A stretch of DNA of 64,000 nt from positions 625 to 64,624 of the IMG/VR virus record IMGVR_UViG_3300010366_000001; one strand, given 5' to 3'. How positions within the stretch are numbered: the first letter of the stretch is position 1; each line of letters begins with the position of its first letter. The position numbers were made by a program, and so were the translations under genes. Positions 20,668 through 31,898 of this stretch are shown here, in pieces. The DNA is from a virus. Lineage: Duplodnaviria > Caudoviricetes. The notes under the pieces were generated by a model. It saw nothing but the letters and a program-made list of their open reading frames with translations. It had not been told where the DNA came from and ran no database searches.

Positions 20668-21678
20668 AACCGATTGAGGTACGCTGCCCGTCTGACCCGT
20701 TGACCGACTTCTTAGAGCAGGCCCTGCTGCGCTGCGTGGGCCGCATCCGCAAGCGCATGCGCGACTCCGTTATCCTGACGCCCAGCCGACGAACCTACGG
20801 CCGCGAGAAAGGGTTTCTAGCGAAAAGAGGGCGCCGCTCGCTGCCCCGCGTGGTGCGGCCGCGCAGGAAGGCCCAGCGATGAAATACGACCTTGGCAGTG
20901 GCATGTACCTCGAGGGCGACGCCGGCGGCGAGAGCCCATGGCGCCGGCGCGTGGTGGAGTCGAAGCTGATACCGAATACGCAATCGGGCTACACTGTAAC
21001 GCTCGAGTGCGGGCATATGGCGCAGGTCTTCGGTAGATGGCAGGCCGCGGACGGCTTCATCTGCACGCGCTGCCGCGACGAAGCCGAGCACGTCAAATCG
21101 CCGGGTTGATACGTGGAGGTGCCACCATGAGAAAACCGAGATGCGGCGAAAAGCCGAGTGGTTTTGCCGAAGAGCAACTAAAGAAGGCGGGAATCGTGAA
21201 GTGGAAGCTGGAACCGCATGATATTAAGATACTCCGCGACGCCTTGACTAAAACCCTGGAAGAGCGAAGCGCCTATTGGGCCAAGAAATTCTCCGAGCAG
21301 AAGCGCGCGCGCGAGGACTGATCGTATGACCGATCCAGAACTACAAGGCAAGCGGTGGCCACTATGAGATCGAACCAGCATAGGCATAGGCATAAGAAGG
21401 ACAAAGATCCGGTAAGAGAGCTCGCCTACGCAGCGGTCGACGCGTTGAACTGCACGTGGTTCATGTACTGGATCACGGAGTACGCGTCGCAGGATGATGA
21501 TGGCCAGACGTTGAAAACGCTCGACCGGCTGGCCGGCGCCCTCGAGACTTTTTTCCCCGGCGAGCGCATGACCTACGAGAAATTTGTGGCGGGCGTGGAG
21601 GAGCTACTGGCCATGCCGACGTCGGAGGCCGCGAAGCGGATCCTTGCGGTCCGGCATTTACGGCCGCCTTCAAAGTAA
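20664..21678 (+). CDS. Four hypotheticals: 20664-20882, 20879-21109 (LECGH..CTRC Zn ribbon), 21127-21321, 21364-21678
   Basis: Open frames; end of the rightward accessory operon. Confidence 0.55.
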
Positions 21679-21963
21679 CTTCTGCAGGGCGTTCTCGACG
21701 GCGCCCTGCAGGGCTGAGTCGCTGACGTTCGCTCCATCCTGCTGCACGGCCGGATCCATCACCGTCGGCGGCTGCGCCTGCGCGGCTACGGTGTCCGGAT
21801 TCTGGACCGCATTTTGCGCCCACTTTATCCTCGTATTGTGGGCCGGCGTTGACGGTGGCTCGCCGAACACGTATGACGCAAACGTGAGCACCGCGACCTT
21901 CACACGGTTGCGAAATGCAAAATCGACCATTAAGTCGCCCGATTCCTGATAAGTCAAAGCCAC
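21670..21963 (-). CDS. Small protein after tail fibre (possible fibre assembly factor)
   Basis: 97 aa, follows the fibre gene after a GGAG RBS. Confidence 0.5.
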   Translation of the reverse strand: MALTYQESGDLMVDFAFRNRVKVAVLTFASYVFGEPPSTPAHNTRIKWAQNAVQNPDTVAAQAQPPTVMDPAVQQDGANVSDSALQGAVENALQKLL

Positions 21964-21975
21964 GTTCGTCTCCTC

Positions 21976-24525
21976 CTATTTCCGTTCCAGCGAGTCCACC
22001 CGCGCTTGCAGCAGCGCAAGTTGCGTCAGGAGTGCGTCCATCTCCGCCTGCGTTGTTACCAGAGCAACGACTCCGTTTTTCCGATAATTTCCCGTCACAT
22101 TGCAATCGCCCGCGATGTCCATGGCATAGTTTGGCGACGCGACACCGATGCCGACCTTGCCGCCGTTGGTCGGATTTAGTTGCATCGGAATGCCGTTGAG
22201 TTGCAAGCAGCGGTTCACGCCAGAACCATAGTCATATGACTGAACGATGCCGATATTCGGGGCTGGATTATAGGTAATCACGACGCCAGCACCAGATGTG
22301 GGCGTGCCAGCCCCGGTGTAGTTCGTGCTGCGGATGATGCCAGCGCAGTCGATGGCACACTGGGGAGCGGTCGTACCGGCAAAGCCGAGGTTGCCGGCCT
22401 TGGTGATACGCAGTAGCTGCGTGTTGTCCTGCCAGAAGCTGAAGCCGCCGTCCGCGCCGCCGCCGCCGCTGACCGAGACGAGGGAAAACTCACCCTGGCC
22501 ATTGCTCTTATTCCAGCCGATGCAGCCGCCCCCGTTCGTCCACGGCGCGATGAGAAAATTAACGCTGCCGATATTTGCGCCCGCGCTGAACCCATACGGG
22601 CCGTTCGAATCCACCAAACAGCGCGGGGCTGTTAATCCGATGCCGAGAGCGCCTGCTGGAGTGATCATCATTCGCGCATCAGGCGAACCGCCAGTCCCGG
22701 TGCGAAACCACATATTGCCGCTTCCATCCGTACCTAGCCCCGCCCAGTTGCCGCCGCCGAAGTCGTACAGCCTGATGTTCGCGTCAGTGTTAGCAATTGC
22801 GGTCAACGGTCCCGCGGCCGTTCCGAAGGTGCTGGCCTTGGCGGTTGTATAAATGGCTCCACTCGCATGAATCGTGCCATTCACGTCGAGCGTGTAGGCC
22901 GGTAAGCTCATGCCAATACCGACCGAGCCGCCCCTGAGTACGATCGTCTGCGTATCGACGCCACCGGCTCTAGTGCCTAGCACCGCCCCTATGTTGAAGT
23001 TCGCGAAATAGTACGACCCGAAGTACGCGCCGTAATCCTGATTGCGATCTACGCCAATTTGAAGTCGCCCGTCTGGTACAGTGTCCGATGCTGCCGCGTT
23101 TCCTGGGCCTTCGATGAATACCGCCGTGTTTGTAGCTACAGAACCAACTGGCGTGCCAGTATTGGCTCCAACATGGAGCCTTACACTCGGCGATGGCTGA
23201 GCGATGCCGAGCCGGGAGTTGGTGATATCCCAGAACAGGTTTGCGCTCGCGGCGAATATGCCAGCACTGTTGTACTGTATCTGCCCGGTCGAGCCCGCAG
23301 CGGGTGCCGTCCATGCCATCCCGTTCGCCACACCAGAATTAGCCGTCAGTACTTGGCCGTCGTGTGTTGCGCCGCCCGTGCCCATACGCGTGACGCCAGT
23401 GCTGCTGCGGACGATTAGATCGCCCTGCGTGGTTGTCGGATCAGCGATGAAGGCCGGCGCCCCGGTGATCTTCGCCCACGCGAGCGCGGTAATCCAGGCC
23501 GGATTCGCATAGGTCGTGCTCGTATCCGCGGCGTTGGTCACCTGCGCCGCGGTGTAGTCGCCGCTCGCTGCCACGACCGCACCGCTCCGACCGAAGACGG
23601 TGCTAACGCCGGCTGCCGGCGCCCCGGTGATCTTCGAATACGCAAGGCTCGTGATCCACGCCGGATCCGCATAGCTTCCGAGCGTCGAAACAGCGTTGGT
23701 GACCTGCGCCGCGGTGTAGTCGCCCGCGACGGCCACTACAGCACCCGAGCGGCCGAACACGGTCGCTACGCCCGTCGGCGGCGCGCCGGTGATCTTCGAC
23801 CAGGCGAGCGAAGTAATCCACGCCGGGTCCGCGTAGGAGCCGACCGCCGAAACCGCGTTAACGACATTAGCCGCGGCGAGCGGGGCGCCGGCAACGCGGT
23901 AGACGCCGCCGATGTTTACGTCGCCCGTAACACCGATCGTCGAAGCGTTGTTGAGCGCATGCCCGGCCGCATCGACGTCGCCCACCCAGGGAGACTGGGA
24001 GCCGGTGCCCGGCGTCGCCCAGCGCATTCCCATGGCCTGCGTCGAGTCCGCGGTGAGCACCTGGCCGTTGGTGCCGACCGGCAGGCGGCCGGTGGCGCTC
24101 GTTCCGCGTACGATCAAGTCTCCGGCCGCCGTGGTCGGATCGGTCATGCCGCCGCCGGCGGGGCCCTGGGGCCCAGCGGGGCCGACGGGACCAGGGCTGC
24201 CAGTTATGCCAGGGGGGCCCTGGGGGCCGGTATTGCCAGTGGGCCCGGCGGGACCGGGGATTCCTTGCTGGCCTTGGATCCCTTGCTGGCCCTGGGGCCC
24301 GGGGTCGCCAGCGGGCCCGATAGGCCCAGGCACGCCGGGGATCCCCTGCTGGCCCTGGATTCCCTGCTGGCCAGGGGGCCCTTGCTCGCCAGGCTCGCCC
24401 TGGGGCCCCTGGGGGCCTGGGATGGGCGTTCCGGGCAGCAGGCCTACCAGGTAGCTGCGGCGCGGCGTGAGGATCGCGGTAAGCGGCGCGCCGCCCAGTT
24501 TCACGTCGGTCGTGGATGCACTCAC
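21976..24525 (-). CDS. Tail fibre-like protein with collagen repeat
   Basis: (G-X-Y)n at about 24140-24425; repeated [38 protein letters not shown] and VGIG...P...LDV.G modules; C-terminal coiled coil. Confidence 0.85.
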   Translation of the reverse strand: MSASTTDVKLGGAPLTAILTPRRSYLVGLLPGTPIPGPQGPQGEPGEQGPPGQQGIQGQQGIPGVPGPIGPAGDPGPQGQQGIQGQQGIPGPAGPTGNTGPQGPPGITGSPGPVGPAGPQGPAGGGMTDPTTAAGDLIVRGTSATGRLPVGTNGQVLTADSTQAMGMRWATPGTGSQSPWVGDVDAAGHALNNASTIGVTGDVNIGGVYRVAGAPLAAANVVNAVSAVGSYADPAWITSLAWSKITGAPPTGVATVFGRSGAVVAVAGDYTAAQVTNAVSTLGSYADPAWITSLAYSKITGAPAAGVSTVFGRSGAVVAASGDYTAAQVTNAADTSTTYANPAWITALAWAKITGAPAFIADPTTTQGDLIVRSSTGVTRMGTGGATHDGQVLTANSGVANGMAWTAPAAGSTGQIQYNSAGIFAASANLFWDITNSRLGIAQPSPSVRLHVGANTGTPVGSVATNTAVFIEGPGNAAASDTVPDGRLQIGVDRNQDYGAYFGSYYFANFNIGAVLGTRAGGVDTQTIVLRGGSVGIGMSLPAYTLDVNGTIHASGAIYTTAKASTFGTAAGPLTAIANTDANIRLYDFGGGNWAGLGTDGSGNMWFRTGTGGSPDARMMITPAGALGIGLTAPRCLVDSNGPYGFSAGANIGSVNFLIAPWTNGGGCIGWNKSNGQGEFSLVSVSGGGGADGGFSFWQDNTQLLRITKAGNLGFAGTTAPQCAIDCAGIIRSTNYTGAGTPTSGAGVVITYNPAPNIGIVQSYDYGSGVNRCLQLNGIPMQLNPTNGGKVGIGVASPNYAMDIAGDCNVTGNYRKNGVVALVTTQAEMDALLTQLALLQARVDSLERK

Positions 24526-24869
24526 GCTACCGCCTCACGCGTCACTTCCTGAATGAGCGTCACATCGCCGTGCATGATGGTGATGATTTCGCCGGCGGCG
24601 GTCGTGAGTTGGAGGTCCCAGCTATAGTTCACGCCAGGCATGAGCGTCGTCTGGTCGTGGGGGAGCGAGAGCGACACCTGGCTGGGCGGCATCACCGTGC
24701 AGGTCATGGTGGCGGCCACGTCGGGCGCCTCATCGGCCACTCCGGCCCGGATCTGCGACTGCGCCGTGTAGCCCGTCAGGTCGGCCGGCGTCCCGTCGGC
24801 GTTGTATACGTTGACGGTCGCGGCCCAGTCATCGCCCTGGTAGATCTCGAGATCGACGACCTTCGGCAT
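24522..24869 (-). CDS. BppU-N-like fibre attachment / baseplate domain protein
   Basis: [35 protein letters not shown]...YSWDLQL pattern. Confidence 0.65.
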   Translation of the reverse strand: MPKVVDLEIYQGDDWAATVNVYNADGTPADLTGYTAQSQIRAGVADEAPDVAATMTCTVMPPSQVSLSLPHDQTTLMPGVNYSWDLQLTTAAGEIITIMHGDVTLIQEVTREAVA

Positions 24870-24964
24870 TTAGAAACAGCATACGCCAAAAAGATAGGCC
24901 CGATTCGCGTAATGCAAACCGGGCCCGGAGCAAAAGCCAGAAAGGTCGAAAAGCGATCGACGCC

Positions 24965-26461
24965 TCAATAATACGCGCGCGGCGGGGGCGGCGTCCACTC
25001 CTCCTCGGTCTCGTCCGACGCGGTCCGTATCCAATTGCCCTCCCTGAGCCGTAGGAGCCCCCAGACGGCCGCGTCGTGCACGTCGTCGGACTGGCCATAG
25101 GGGAAGGCCGCCATCTCCTCCACGACGTCCCTGGCCCATTTGCAGCGCAGTGGCGCCCAGACCATGCGCGAGCTAAACATGTCGGACACGGCGTTGGTGC
25201 GGGTCACCTTGTCCTTGCTGCGGTTCGGATTCGCTTCGTAGACCGGTATGCCGGCGCGCCACAGTTCCTGAATCAGCGGCGTGCCGGCGCTCATGCGCTC
25301 GACCACCAGGGTATCGGGCTTCCATTGGTCGTACAGCCTGCGGGCCCACTGCTTCAACTCGGGGAAGTCCACGCGGCGCACCCAGCAATCGAGCAGCAGT
25401 ATGCCGGTCTCGAGCGGCCCGTCGGCCGTGCGCCGGCGCCGGAAGACGCCCCAGGTAACGCACGCCGACCGGTTGCTCGAGGTCTTCGCAGAGAAGGCCG
25501 TGTCCCAGGCCTGCACGATGAAGTCGAAGGTCGAGGGCGGGTTGGGGTCGGTCCAGTCCTGCCACCACTCGCGGCGAATGATGGCGCCCTCTTCGCTCGT
25601 GGGGTTCTGCTGGTAGTTCGCCATCCAGCGCGAGAGCGGCATGGTGTTACGGGTGGCCTCGAGCTCGGCCTTGCTCCAGAACTCCGGAAACAGCGGCTCG
25701 CCGGACGGCAGGATGGCGGGCAGTTGAATGAGCTCCCACTGCTCGCCGTGCTCCTCCTCGATCGCCTGGCGGAGTAGCTGCCCGGTGAGGTCCAACTGGC
25801 CCCAGCGAGTCATCACGACCAGGATGGCGGCGCCGGGCTGGAGCCGCTGCCGCGGGCCGGACAAGTACCAAGCCCAGGTCTTTTTGAAATCGACCTCCGA
25901 GTTTTCGATGACCGCCTGCTCGGAGTGCGGATCGTCGATGATCACCAGGTCGCCGCCGCGGCCGGCTGCGGCGCCGGTTTTGCCGATCGCGAAGTATTGG
26001 CCGCCTTTGTTCGTATTCCACCGGTAGGCCGCGCGCGCGTCCGGCGAGAGCGCCATGTCGGGGAACACGCTGCGGTAGTCGTCGGAGTTGATGAGGTTCC
26101 TCATCTCGCGGCCAAAGTCAAGAGCGAGCGATGCGGTATGCGAGCATTCGAGAACCTTCCTGTCCGGATGGCGCCCCAGATACCAGGCCGGAAAAAGCAC
26201 ACTTGTGAACTTGCTCTTGGTGGACCGCGGCGCGAGATTGATGATGCACCGCTTCAGTTCGCCCGCATCGATCCGCTCAAACACGTCCGACATGATCTGG
26301 TGGTGGCGCCCATAGACGAAATCGGGCCAGACGCGCCGCACGAAGGGCAGAAATTTATCACGTGCGCCCTGCGTGCGCTTCTTCGCAAGCTCGGCCTCGA
26401 GGGCCTTCAAGTCAGCGTTCTTGAGCCTCTCCTTGAGCCTGAAACGTTGTTCTGAGGTCAT
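24965..26461 (-). CDS. terL: Terminase large subunit
   Basis: INLAPRSTKS Walker A variant; GDLVIIDDP; RNase H-like VQAWDTA; FPYGQSDDVHDA. Confidence 0.95.
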   Translation of the reverse strand: MTSEQRFRLKERLKNADLKALEAELAKKRTQGARDKFLPFVRRVWPDFVYGRHHQIMSDVFERIDAGELKRCIINLAPRSTKSKFTSVLFPAWYLGRHPDRKVLECSHTASLALDFGREMRNLINSDDYRSVFPDMALSPDARAAYRWNTNKGGQYFAIGKTGAAAGRGGDLVIIDDPHSEQAVIENSEVDFKKTWAWYLSGPRQRLQPGAAILVVMTRWGQLDLTGQLLRQAIEEEHGEQWELIQLPAILPSGEPLFPEFWSKAELEATRNTMPLSRWMANYQQNPTSEEGAIIRREWWQDWTDPNPPSTFDFIVQAWDTAFSAKTSSNRSACVTWGVFRRRRTADGPLETGILLLDCWVRRVDFPELKQWARRLYDQWKPDTLVVERMSAGTPLIQELWRAGIPVYEANPNRSKDKVTRTNAVSDMFSSRMVWAPLRCKWARDVVEEMAAFPYGQSDDVHDAAVWGLLRLREGNWIRTASDETEEEWTPPPPRAYY

Positions 26462-26547
26462 TTACAGTCAGATTACGTCAATCTGCATACACTCATACAC
26501 GTAAGACGATTGAAATTGAGTGGTGAAACGTGGATAATTGCCCCGTA

Positions 26548-26889
26548 ATGGCACAAGCCACTCGCCGCGGCCGGCCCCGTTTATACGAGCAGACGCACCA
26601 CGTGCATCTGACCATGGACCGCGCCGCACACCAGTCGCTGGTCGGACCGATGCTCGAGGAGTTTAGGGACTCGCACCCCGAGGCAACGGCTAACGACTAC
26701 TTTCGGTTTCTGCTCGATGACACCGTCCGCCGCTGGCGTGCCGCGGAGGCGGAGCGCAACGGAGCCGCTGCCAGGCTGCGCGCGAGAATGCGCCGCTTAG
26801 CAGAATCGGCCGCCGCGGCCGGGGACGACAAGATCGATGGCCACGTGCGGCGCCTGGCCGCGCTGGTCAAGCCGCAGCCGGCTGCATGA
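26548..26889 (+). CDS. Putative DNA-binding regulator (AT-hook plus RHH-like), divergent from terL
   Basis: RRGRPR followed by beta-strand HVHLTM and helices; promoter TTGAAA(26510)-17 bp-GATAAT(26533). Confidence 0.5.
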   Translation: MAQATRRGRPRLYEQTHHVHLTMDRAAHQSLVGPMLEEFRDSHPEATANDYFRFLLDDTVRRWRAAEAERNGAAARLRARMRRLAESAAAAGDDKIDGHVRRLAALVKPQPAA

Positions 26890-27051
26890 GGATCGGCTAC
26901 CGCGGCCGGCGCTGGGTGTTCGTCGTCTACCTGCGTCGCTGCTCTTCGCTCGAGCTCTGGACGCCCTGGTTCGGCTTCGGGCTCGGGCTCGAGATCTGGG
27001 CCGAGCGGCGCCGCCAATTAACGCACCGAAATGCGTGTTAAAATACAAAAT

Positions 27052-27216
27052 ATGAATGTGTTTTGGAAGGTGATCTGCGCGGCGCTCCTGCTTATGGCCG
27101 CGTCGTGGGCTGCCCACGAGTTTTTGACCTATTCGCAGCGGACGACGATCGCCCTGGTCGGCCTGGTTATCTGGGCCGTGACCGCGGTGAACGCGCTATC
27201 CGGCCAGCGATCGTAG
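27052..27216 (+). CDS. 54-aa two-TM membrane protein, leaderless
   Basis: TGt-TAAAAT(27039)-7 nt-ATG; two hydrophobic segments. Confidence 0.55.
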   Translation: MNVFWKVICAALLLMAASWAAHEFLTYSQRTTIALVGLVIWAVTAVNALSGQRS

Positions 27217-29400
27217 AATGGCTTCTCTGTCCGGCTGTTTCCGCAGCACCGGATGCATTCCGCCGCCGGCCTGAGCGATAGGCGGCTTCTGCTCCTCGTT
27301 CTCGTCCTTCTTCATCCCCGTAAGCTGCATGATGCGCGCCGCCATAGAGAGCCCCCGCGCGCTGCCGACCGGGACGCGTAAGCCCTCGGTGAACAGGCGC
27401 ACGCCGGCCGTAGAGCGAAAAAGCTTCGATAGCGCCGCGCTGCCCAGCGTGAGCTTCAGGCCGGTGAGCGGATTGGTGAACCACGCTCCAATGCCGCCGG
27501 CCGCCAGCGTGATGAGGCCGGTGCCGCTCGGGTTGACGTTCTTCGCCAACTCCTTCCAGGCGAGCATCAGCTTATCTAGCTCTTCGACATGGCCCGAGCC
27601 GGGAAAGAGCAGTTTCTTCGTTTCGTCGCCGAGTTTGTGCCATTCGCTGAAGCGCGCATCGGGCCCCTTTTTTGCGTCGAATAGCTCCTCGAGGTAGGCC
27701 CGGCCGATCTTCGCCATCTCGCTCAAATTCAACTGGCCGGCGACGCGGCGAGTGAGCCCAATGCTGGCGTCGCGGTCGCGCGTCAGCCGGTTGAAGGTGC
27801 CGACGCCTTCCCGCGCCTCGGGCGCCTTGCCGGCGATCCTCTCGAGCACCCGCTCAGTAACGTAGCTCGCGTTGGTCGCGGCGCGCGCGTCCTGCAGGTG
27901 GCCCAGCACCTGCGCGCCCTTCGATAGAGCCCCGGGCGTGGGCGGACCGGCGACGGCCGCATCGATCGCATCCTGCAGCTTGGGGATGACGAATTTCGCC
28001 AGGCCCTGGCCGCGTCCCCGGCCGGCCTTGCGCGCCAGCCCCTTGATGGCGCCCAGCGCGTCCTCTGCGGCCGATGCAGAGATGACGTCCCCGCCGTTCA
28101 TGAACGCTTCGACCGCCTGGATGCCCGGCGCGTATTGCGGCTGCGAGATATCGAGCCCGCCCTTGACCTTTTCGAAGATCGGCTTGAGCGTCTTTTTCAG
28201 CCCGCTCACATCCACCGGCAGGGCAATGTCTTCGAAGATCGGGATCTGGCGCAGGATGGGGGCTCCGGTCACGGGGTCCCAGCCGGTTACCGTGTCGTTG
28301 GTGCCGACCTGCACCTTTTTCAGGTTGGCCGGATCGGCTTCGTACTGGTGGAAAACATCGTAGTCCCGGCTGGCCGCCGCGCGCTGCGCCTTAACTCGGG
28401 ATTCGAGCTTTCCCGCAATGTCTGTGCCGGCGGTCTCGGCCGTAAGGCGCTGCCCTGGAGCGGCCCGCTCGGTGAGTTCCTGCGCCCGGGCCTCGAGGTT
28501 CTTTTTGGTCAGCGCGTCGGCCGCCTCTTCGACAAAGCCGCCTCCCGGCATGACCCCGCTGGTCTTTTGGGTGAACTTGAGAAACTTGTTGTCGGTGGCG
28601 ACCCCCACGTTGCCCGGCACGCGCGTTTCGGGCGAGCCCTCTTCCATCACATACTTCATCGCGTCGCGCAGTTCGGGCGTCGCGCGATTGAAGCCGGGAA
28701 TGCGCGCAGTTACGCTTTCCGGCATGAGCCCCAGGGCCGAGGGAGCGATGAGCCCGGTGGCCTGACCCATGGCGCGCGCTACGTCTGGATCGTGGCCCGG
28801 CTCAACGACATTGCCGTACTTATCGAAGACCGGCGCCGCGGGGCTCCCCGTCTCCGCGGCCTCGACCGCGGCCGGGCCGACCATCGGGAAGTTGCCGAGC
28901 GTCTGCCCGGCGGCCTCCATGGCGTCGTACCATTGGCCCGTGCCCGCTGCGCGCTGCCAGGCTTCCTTAGTCTTCTCTGCCTGCTTTTGGTGGGCCTGCA
29001 CTACCCCGTGCATCATGTCCACCGTGTCGGGCTCGAGTGTATGCTTGGCGCCGGCTGCGAACGCCATGAGGTCGCCGACGGCCTTGGCCATGTGGGGCAG
29101 CCCCTCGAGGGTCGTTTCCCAGAGGCCTTTGCCGTAGCGGCTCGCGGCGGATCCCTGCGGCTGAACGAAATCCGGCTGCTGGTTGGCGGTCGTGGCGGTA
29201 TTGTTCAGCCCCGCGGCCTGCTGCGCTTTCCATCCCTTGGCCGCCTGGTCGAACATGTCGCCGGCCGGCGCAGGAAGAGCGGGCGAGGTCTGCGCCGGGC
29301 CGGCGCTGGGTTGAATGGGCGCCACTGCACCATTCGGATGCTGTTTGCGCCACTCTTCCGCAGCCTGGTCAAACATGTCCTGGGGCATCAGAATATCCAT
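27196..29400 (-). CDS. Putative internal virion / DNA ejection protein
   Basis: 734 aa, Ala/Gly-rich helical, last of a coupled three-gene block; duplicated DMFDQAA motif. Confidence 0.6.
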   Translation of the reverse strand: MDILMPQDMFDQAAEEWRKQHPNGAVAPIQPSAGPAQTSPALPAPAGDMFDQAAKGWKAQQAAGLNNTATTANQQPDFVQPQGSAASRYGKGLWETTLEGLPHMAKAVGDLMAFAAGAKHTLEPDTVDMMHGVVQAHQKQAEKTKEAWQRAAGTGQWYDAMEAAGQTLGNFPMVGPAAVEAAETGSPAAPVFDKYGNVVEPGHDPDVARAMGQATGLIAPSALGLMPESVTARIPGFNRATPELRDAMKYVMEEGSPETRVPGNVGVATDNKFLKFTQKTSGVMPGGGFVEEAADALTKKNLEARAQELTERAAPGQRLTAETAGTDIAGKLESRVKAQRAAASRDYDVFHQYEADPANLKKVQVGTNDTVTGWDPVTGAPILRQIPIFEDIALPVDVSGLKKTLKPIFEKVKGGLDISQPQYAPGIQAVEAFMNGGDVISASAAEDALGAIKGLARKAGRGRGQGLAKFVIPKLQDAIDAAVAGPPTPGALSKGAQVLGHLQDARAATNASYVTERVLERIAGKAPEAREGVGTFNRLTRDRDASIGLTRRVAGQLNLSEMAKIGRAYLEELFDAKKGPDARFSEWHKLGDETKKLLFPGSGHVEELDKLMLAWKELAKNVNPSGTGLITLAAGGIGAWFTNPLTGLKLTLGSAALSKLFRSTAGVRLFTEGLRVPVGSARGLSMAARIMQLTGMKKDENEEQKPPIAQAGGGMHPVLRKQPDREAILRSLAG

Positions 29401-31898
29401 CCATGCTGCGAGGCCAGTCGGCGCGCCTCGTTGGGATCGCCCTCGGCCGCGTTGATAAACTGCCGTAGCGTGTTCTGGTCGAGCCGTTTGCCGCCGCCAT
29501 CGGGCAGCGGCCCGTAGAGCACCGTGCGGCGCGCGTCAGTCGCCTCGGGCGTGAACAGTTGCAGCTTGCCCCGATGATAGGTGCCCTCGTCGTATTGGTG
29601 CTGCAAGGTGATGCGCTGCGAGTCGAGCAGGTGCAGCGTGTTCACGATATTGCTGCGCAACTGCTGGTCGCTCATCTTGTGGTCGAAGTCCGCGGCCGCG
29701 GCCATGCGCTCCACCTGGCCTCCGCCACTCGGAATGTAGGCCTTGGAGACTTCTTCGGAAACCTTCTTGCCGATCATGTCGAATGTCGAAGCGAGGTCGG
29801 ATCCGGTCTGCAGGCCGAGCGAAACGGCGATCTTATTGAGCACCGGTAACTGGCCGTTGGCGAGTGCGCGCCGCGCCGTATCGAGCAGCGCCACATGCTC
29901 GAGCGACGTGGAGAGCGGGCCGGTCATCTGCGACTTCGCCCCCTGCGCGAAGCTATTCTCGGTGGCCTGCATGGTCTTATATTCCTGGTCCGCCCGTGCC
30001 CAACTGAAGCTCGGGTCGGCCTTCTGGGCGGCGCGCAGGATGCGCCGGCGCGTGTCCATGTCGCGGCCGAGGATCTCCTGGAACTGGGCCGGCACCAGGT
30101 CGTGGCTGACGACCTGTTTGGCGAGTCCGTCCACCTCTTCGTCGGTAAGCTGCGCGGCCTTGAGGCGCTTCTGCTCCTGAATCCGAAGCTGCTTCTGCTC
30201 CCACGTGGCCGGGTCGGTCTGCGCTTCGACCTGCAGTTCCGGATACTGGGCCAGTTGCTCGTAAATCGGCCGGCCGGGCTGGAGCTCGATGCCTTCGCGC
30301 TGCGCGATCGCCCGCGCCCGCGCCTCGCGATCGCTAGTGAGCGTCTTCTGGAAATTGGCGCGGGCCGTGACGACCGCCCGCTCGGCAGCCGCAAGTTCGG
30401 TCTGCTTGGCGCGCTGGTTGGCGCCAATCTCCTGCGCACCGAGAGTCGCTACCTTCTCGTCGTAGGCGTTCATCCGGTCCTGCAAGGTAGCGCCGGCCTT
30501 GAGGGCCTCGACGTAGTTGGCGCGCGCCGTCTGGCGCTGCTTCTCCATGGCCTGCATGGTGCTCATGCCGGCCTCGCCCAACTGCATCCCGAAATTGGGT
30601 GCATGCGAGGCCATCAGCGCGAACCCCATGTGCATCAGGATCTGCGAAATCGAGGGGTGCAGGTTCTCTTCGGCCTGCCGCTGCAATTGCGTGATGGCGT
30701 CCTGCAGGTGGCTGAAGTCCGGACGCTCGCCCATCAGGGTCTTGATGGCGGCCTTCGACCGCGCGATCTCATCGGTGGTCGGCGCGAGACCGGCTCTCAG
30801 CTTAGCCGCGTAGTCTTCCGCGGCCTGCACCTCAGGCGACACGTAAGCGCCCAGCCCCGAACGGGCGCCCGGCGGCTGCGCTGGAGGGGCGGCTTGCGCC
30901 TCCTCCTCGGCGGCGGCCGGCGCCGGCGGGCCGGTGTAGGGCAGTGGCCGCTGCGGTCCGAGGTCAGGCATACCCGGAATAGCCTGCTGGGGCATGCCAT
31001 TGGGCCCTACGGGCGTCAGGGGCATGTCTTCCGGCGTCGTCCTGAGGAGAGCCTGCTGCGAGGCCTGCTGGCCCGCTGTAGGCCTCGCAAACGACGAGCT
31101 AGGGGCCAGGGCGCGCTGCGACGATAGCTGCCCCAGGATCTTCTTAACATAAGCCTGCGTCTCAGGGTAGGGCGGCACGCCGCCGAACCGCTGGACGGCT
31201 CCCTCGCCGGCGTTATAAGCAGCCAGCGCCTTCTCGGTGTCGCCGCCGTACTTGTCGATCAGGTCGCGCAGGTGCCGCATCCCGCCATCGATGTTCTGCC
31301 GCGGGTCGCGGGGATTAACGCCTAGATCCCGAGCCGTTCCCGGCATCAGTTGCATGGGCCCGATGGCGCCCTTGGGAGAAATGGCGCCAGCGCGAAAGCC
31401 GCTCTCCGTCCTGGCTACGGCCCGGCCGAGGCGCGGATCCATGCCGTAGCGCGCGCTGGCCGCATCCAGCAGGCCGGGGATATCGGCGTCGGTGTCGTCC
31501 GGATCATCCGGATCGTGGAGAGGCTCGCGATAGCCTCCGCCCTCCGCCATGGCCCGCGGCGGCATTCCCATATTGCCCGGAGGCATGGCGCCCGGCATGG
31601 GCGATCCCGGGGCGCCGCCTGGCATCGCTTTGGCCGGCGGCGCGGCTCCGGCCGGCGGGGGCGGGCCGGTAGGCTGGGGTGGCATCAACTGCTGGAGCGT
31701 GCCCCGCAGCGTGTCCTGCATGACGCTGCTCGTCGGCGGTTTTGCGCCATCGCCGCCGGCGCGCAGCAGTTTGCGGCGCTGGAGTTCGGCGAGCACCAGG
31801 TAGGCCGGCGCGGCGCCGGTAGGCTGCTGCACCTCCTTGGCCAGCCACTGGTCGGGGTAGGTCTTCAGGTCGTTGGCGACCGTGATGAGGTCAGGCAT
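29388..31898 (-). CDS. Internal virion protein with soluble lytic transglycosylase domain
   Basis: SLT motifs AVARTESGF, GAIGPMQLMPGTA, DPRQNIDGG, ALAAYNAG, PETQAYV. Confidence 0.88.
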   Translation of the reverse strand: MPDLITVANDLKTYPDQWLAKEVQQPTGAAPAYLVLAELQRRKLLRAGGDGAKPPTSSVMQDTLRGTLQQLMPPQPTGPPPPAGAAPPAKAMPGGAPGSPMPGAMPPGNMGMPPRAMAEGGGYREPLHDPDDPDDTDADIPGLLDAASARYGMDPRLGRAVARTESGFRAGAISPKGAIGPMQLMPGTARDLGVNPRDPRQNIDGGMRHLRDLIDKYGGDTEKALAAYNAGEGAVQRFGGVPPYPETQAYVKKILGQLSSQRALAPSSSFARPTAGQQASQQALLRTTPEDMPLTPVGPNGMPQQAIPGMPDLGPQRPLPYTGPPAPAAAEEEAQAAPPAQPPGARSGLGAYVSPEVQAAEDYAAKLRAGLAPTTDEIARSKAAIKTLMGERPDFSHLQDAITQLQRQAEENLHPSISQILMHMGFALMASHAPNFGMQLGEAGMSTMQAMEKQRQTARANYVEALKAGATLQDRMNAYDEKVATLGAQEIGANQRAKQTELAAAERAVVTARANFQKTLTSDREARARAIAQREGIELQPGRPIYEQLAQYPELQVEAQTDPATWEQKQLRIQEQKRLKAAQLTDEEVDGLAKQVVSHDLVPAQFQEILGRDMDTRRRILRAAQKADPSFSWARADQEYKTMQATENSFAQGAKSQMTGPLSTSLEHVALLDTARRALANGQLPVLNKIAVSLGLQTGSDLASTFDMIGKKVSEEVSKAYIPSGGGQVERMAAAADFDHKMSDQQLRSNIVNTLHLLDSQRITLQHQYDEGTYHRGKLQLFTPEATDARRTVLYGPLPDGGGKRLDQNTLRQFINAAEGDPNEARRLASQHGWIF

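Noticed and set aside
21327-21368. Mini-ORF MTDPELQGKRWPL echoing the start of 19148 (MTDPELEG)
   Set aside because: Only 13 aa; could be a remnant or chance
22603-22616. GTTCGAATCCACCA resembling a tRNA T-loop and CCA end
   Set aside because: Inside the fibre CDS; no acceptor, D or anticodon stems
24140-24425. Periodic GGG/CCC-rich DNA
   Set aside because: Fully explained by collagen G-X-Y codons
28135-29517. Long antisense or alternate-frame ORFs (also 29895-31127, 33022-34083, 34117-35316, 55470-56483, 59462-60706)
   Set aside because: Expected in high-GC DNA opposite real genes; no motifs
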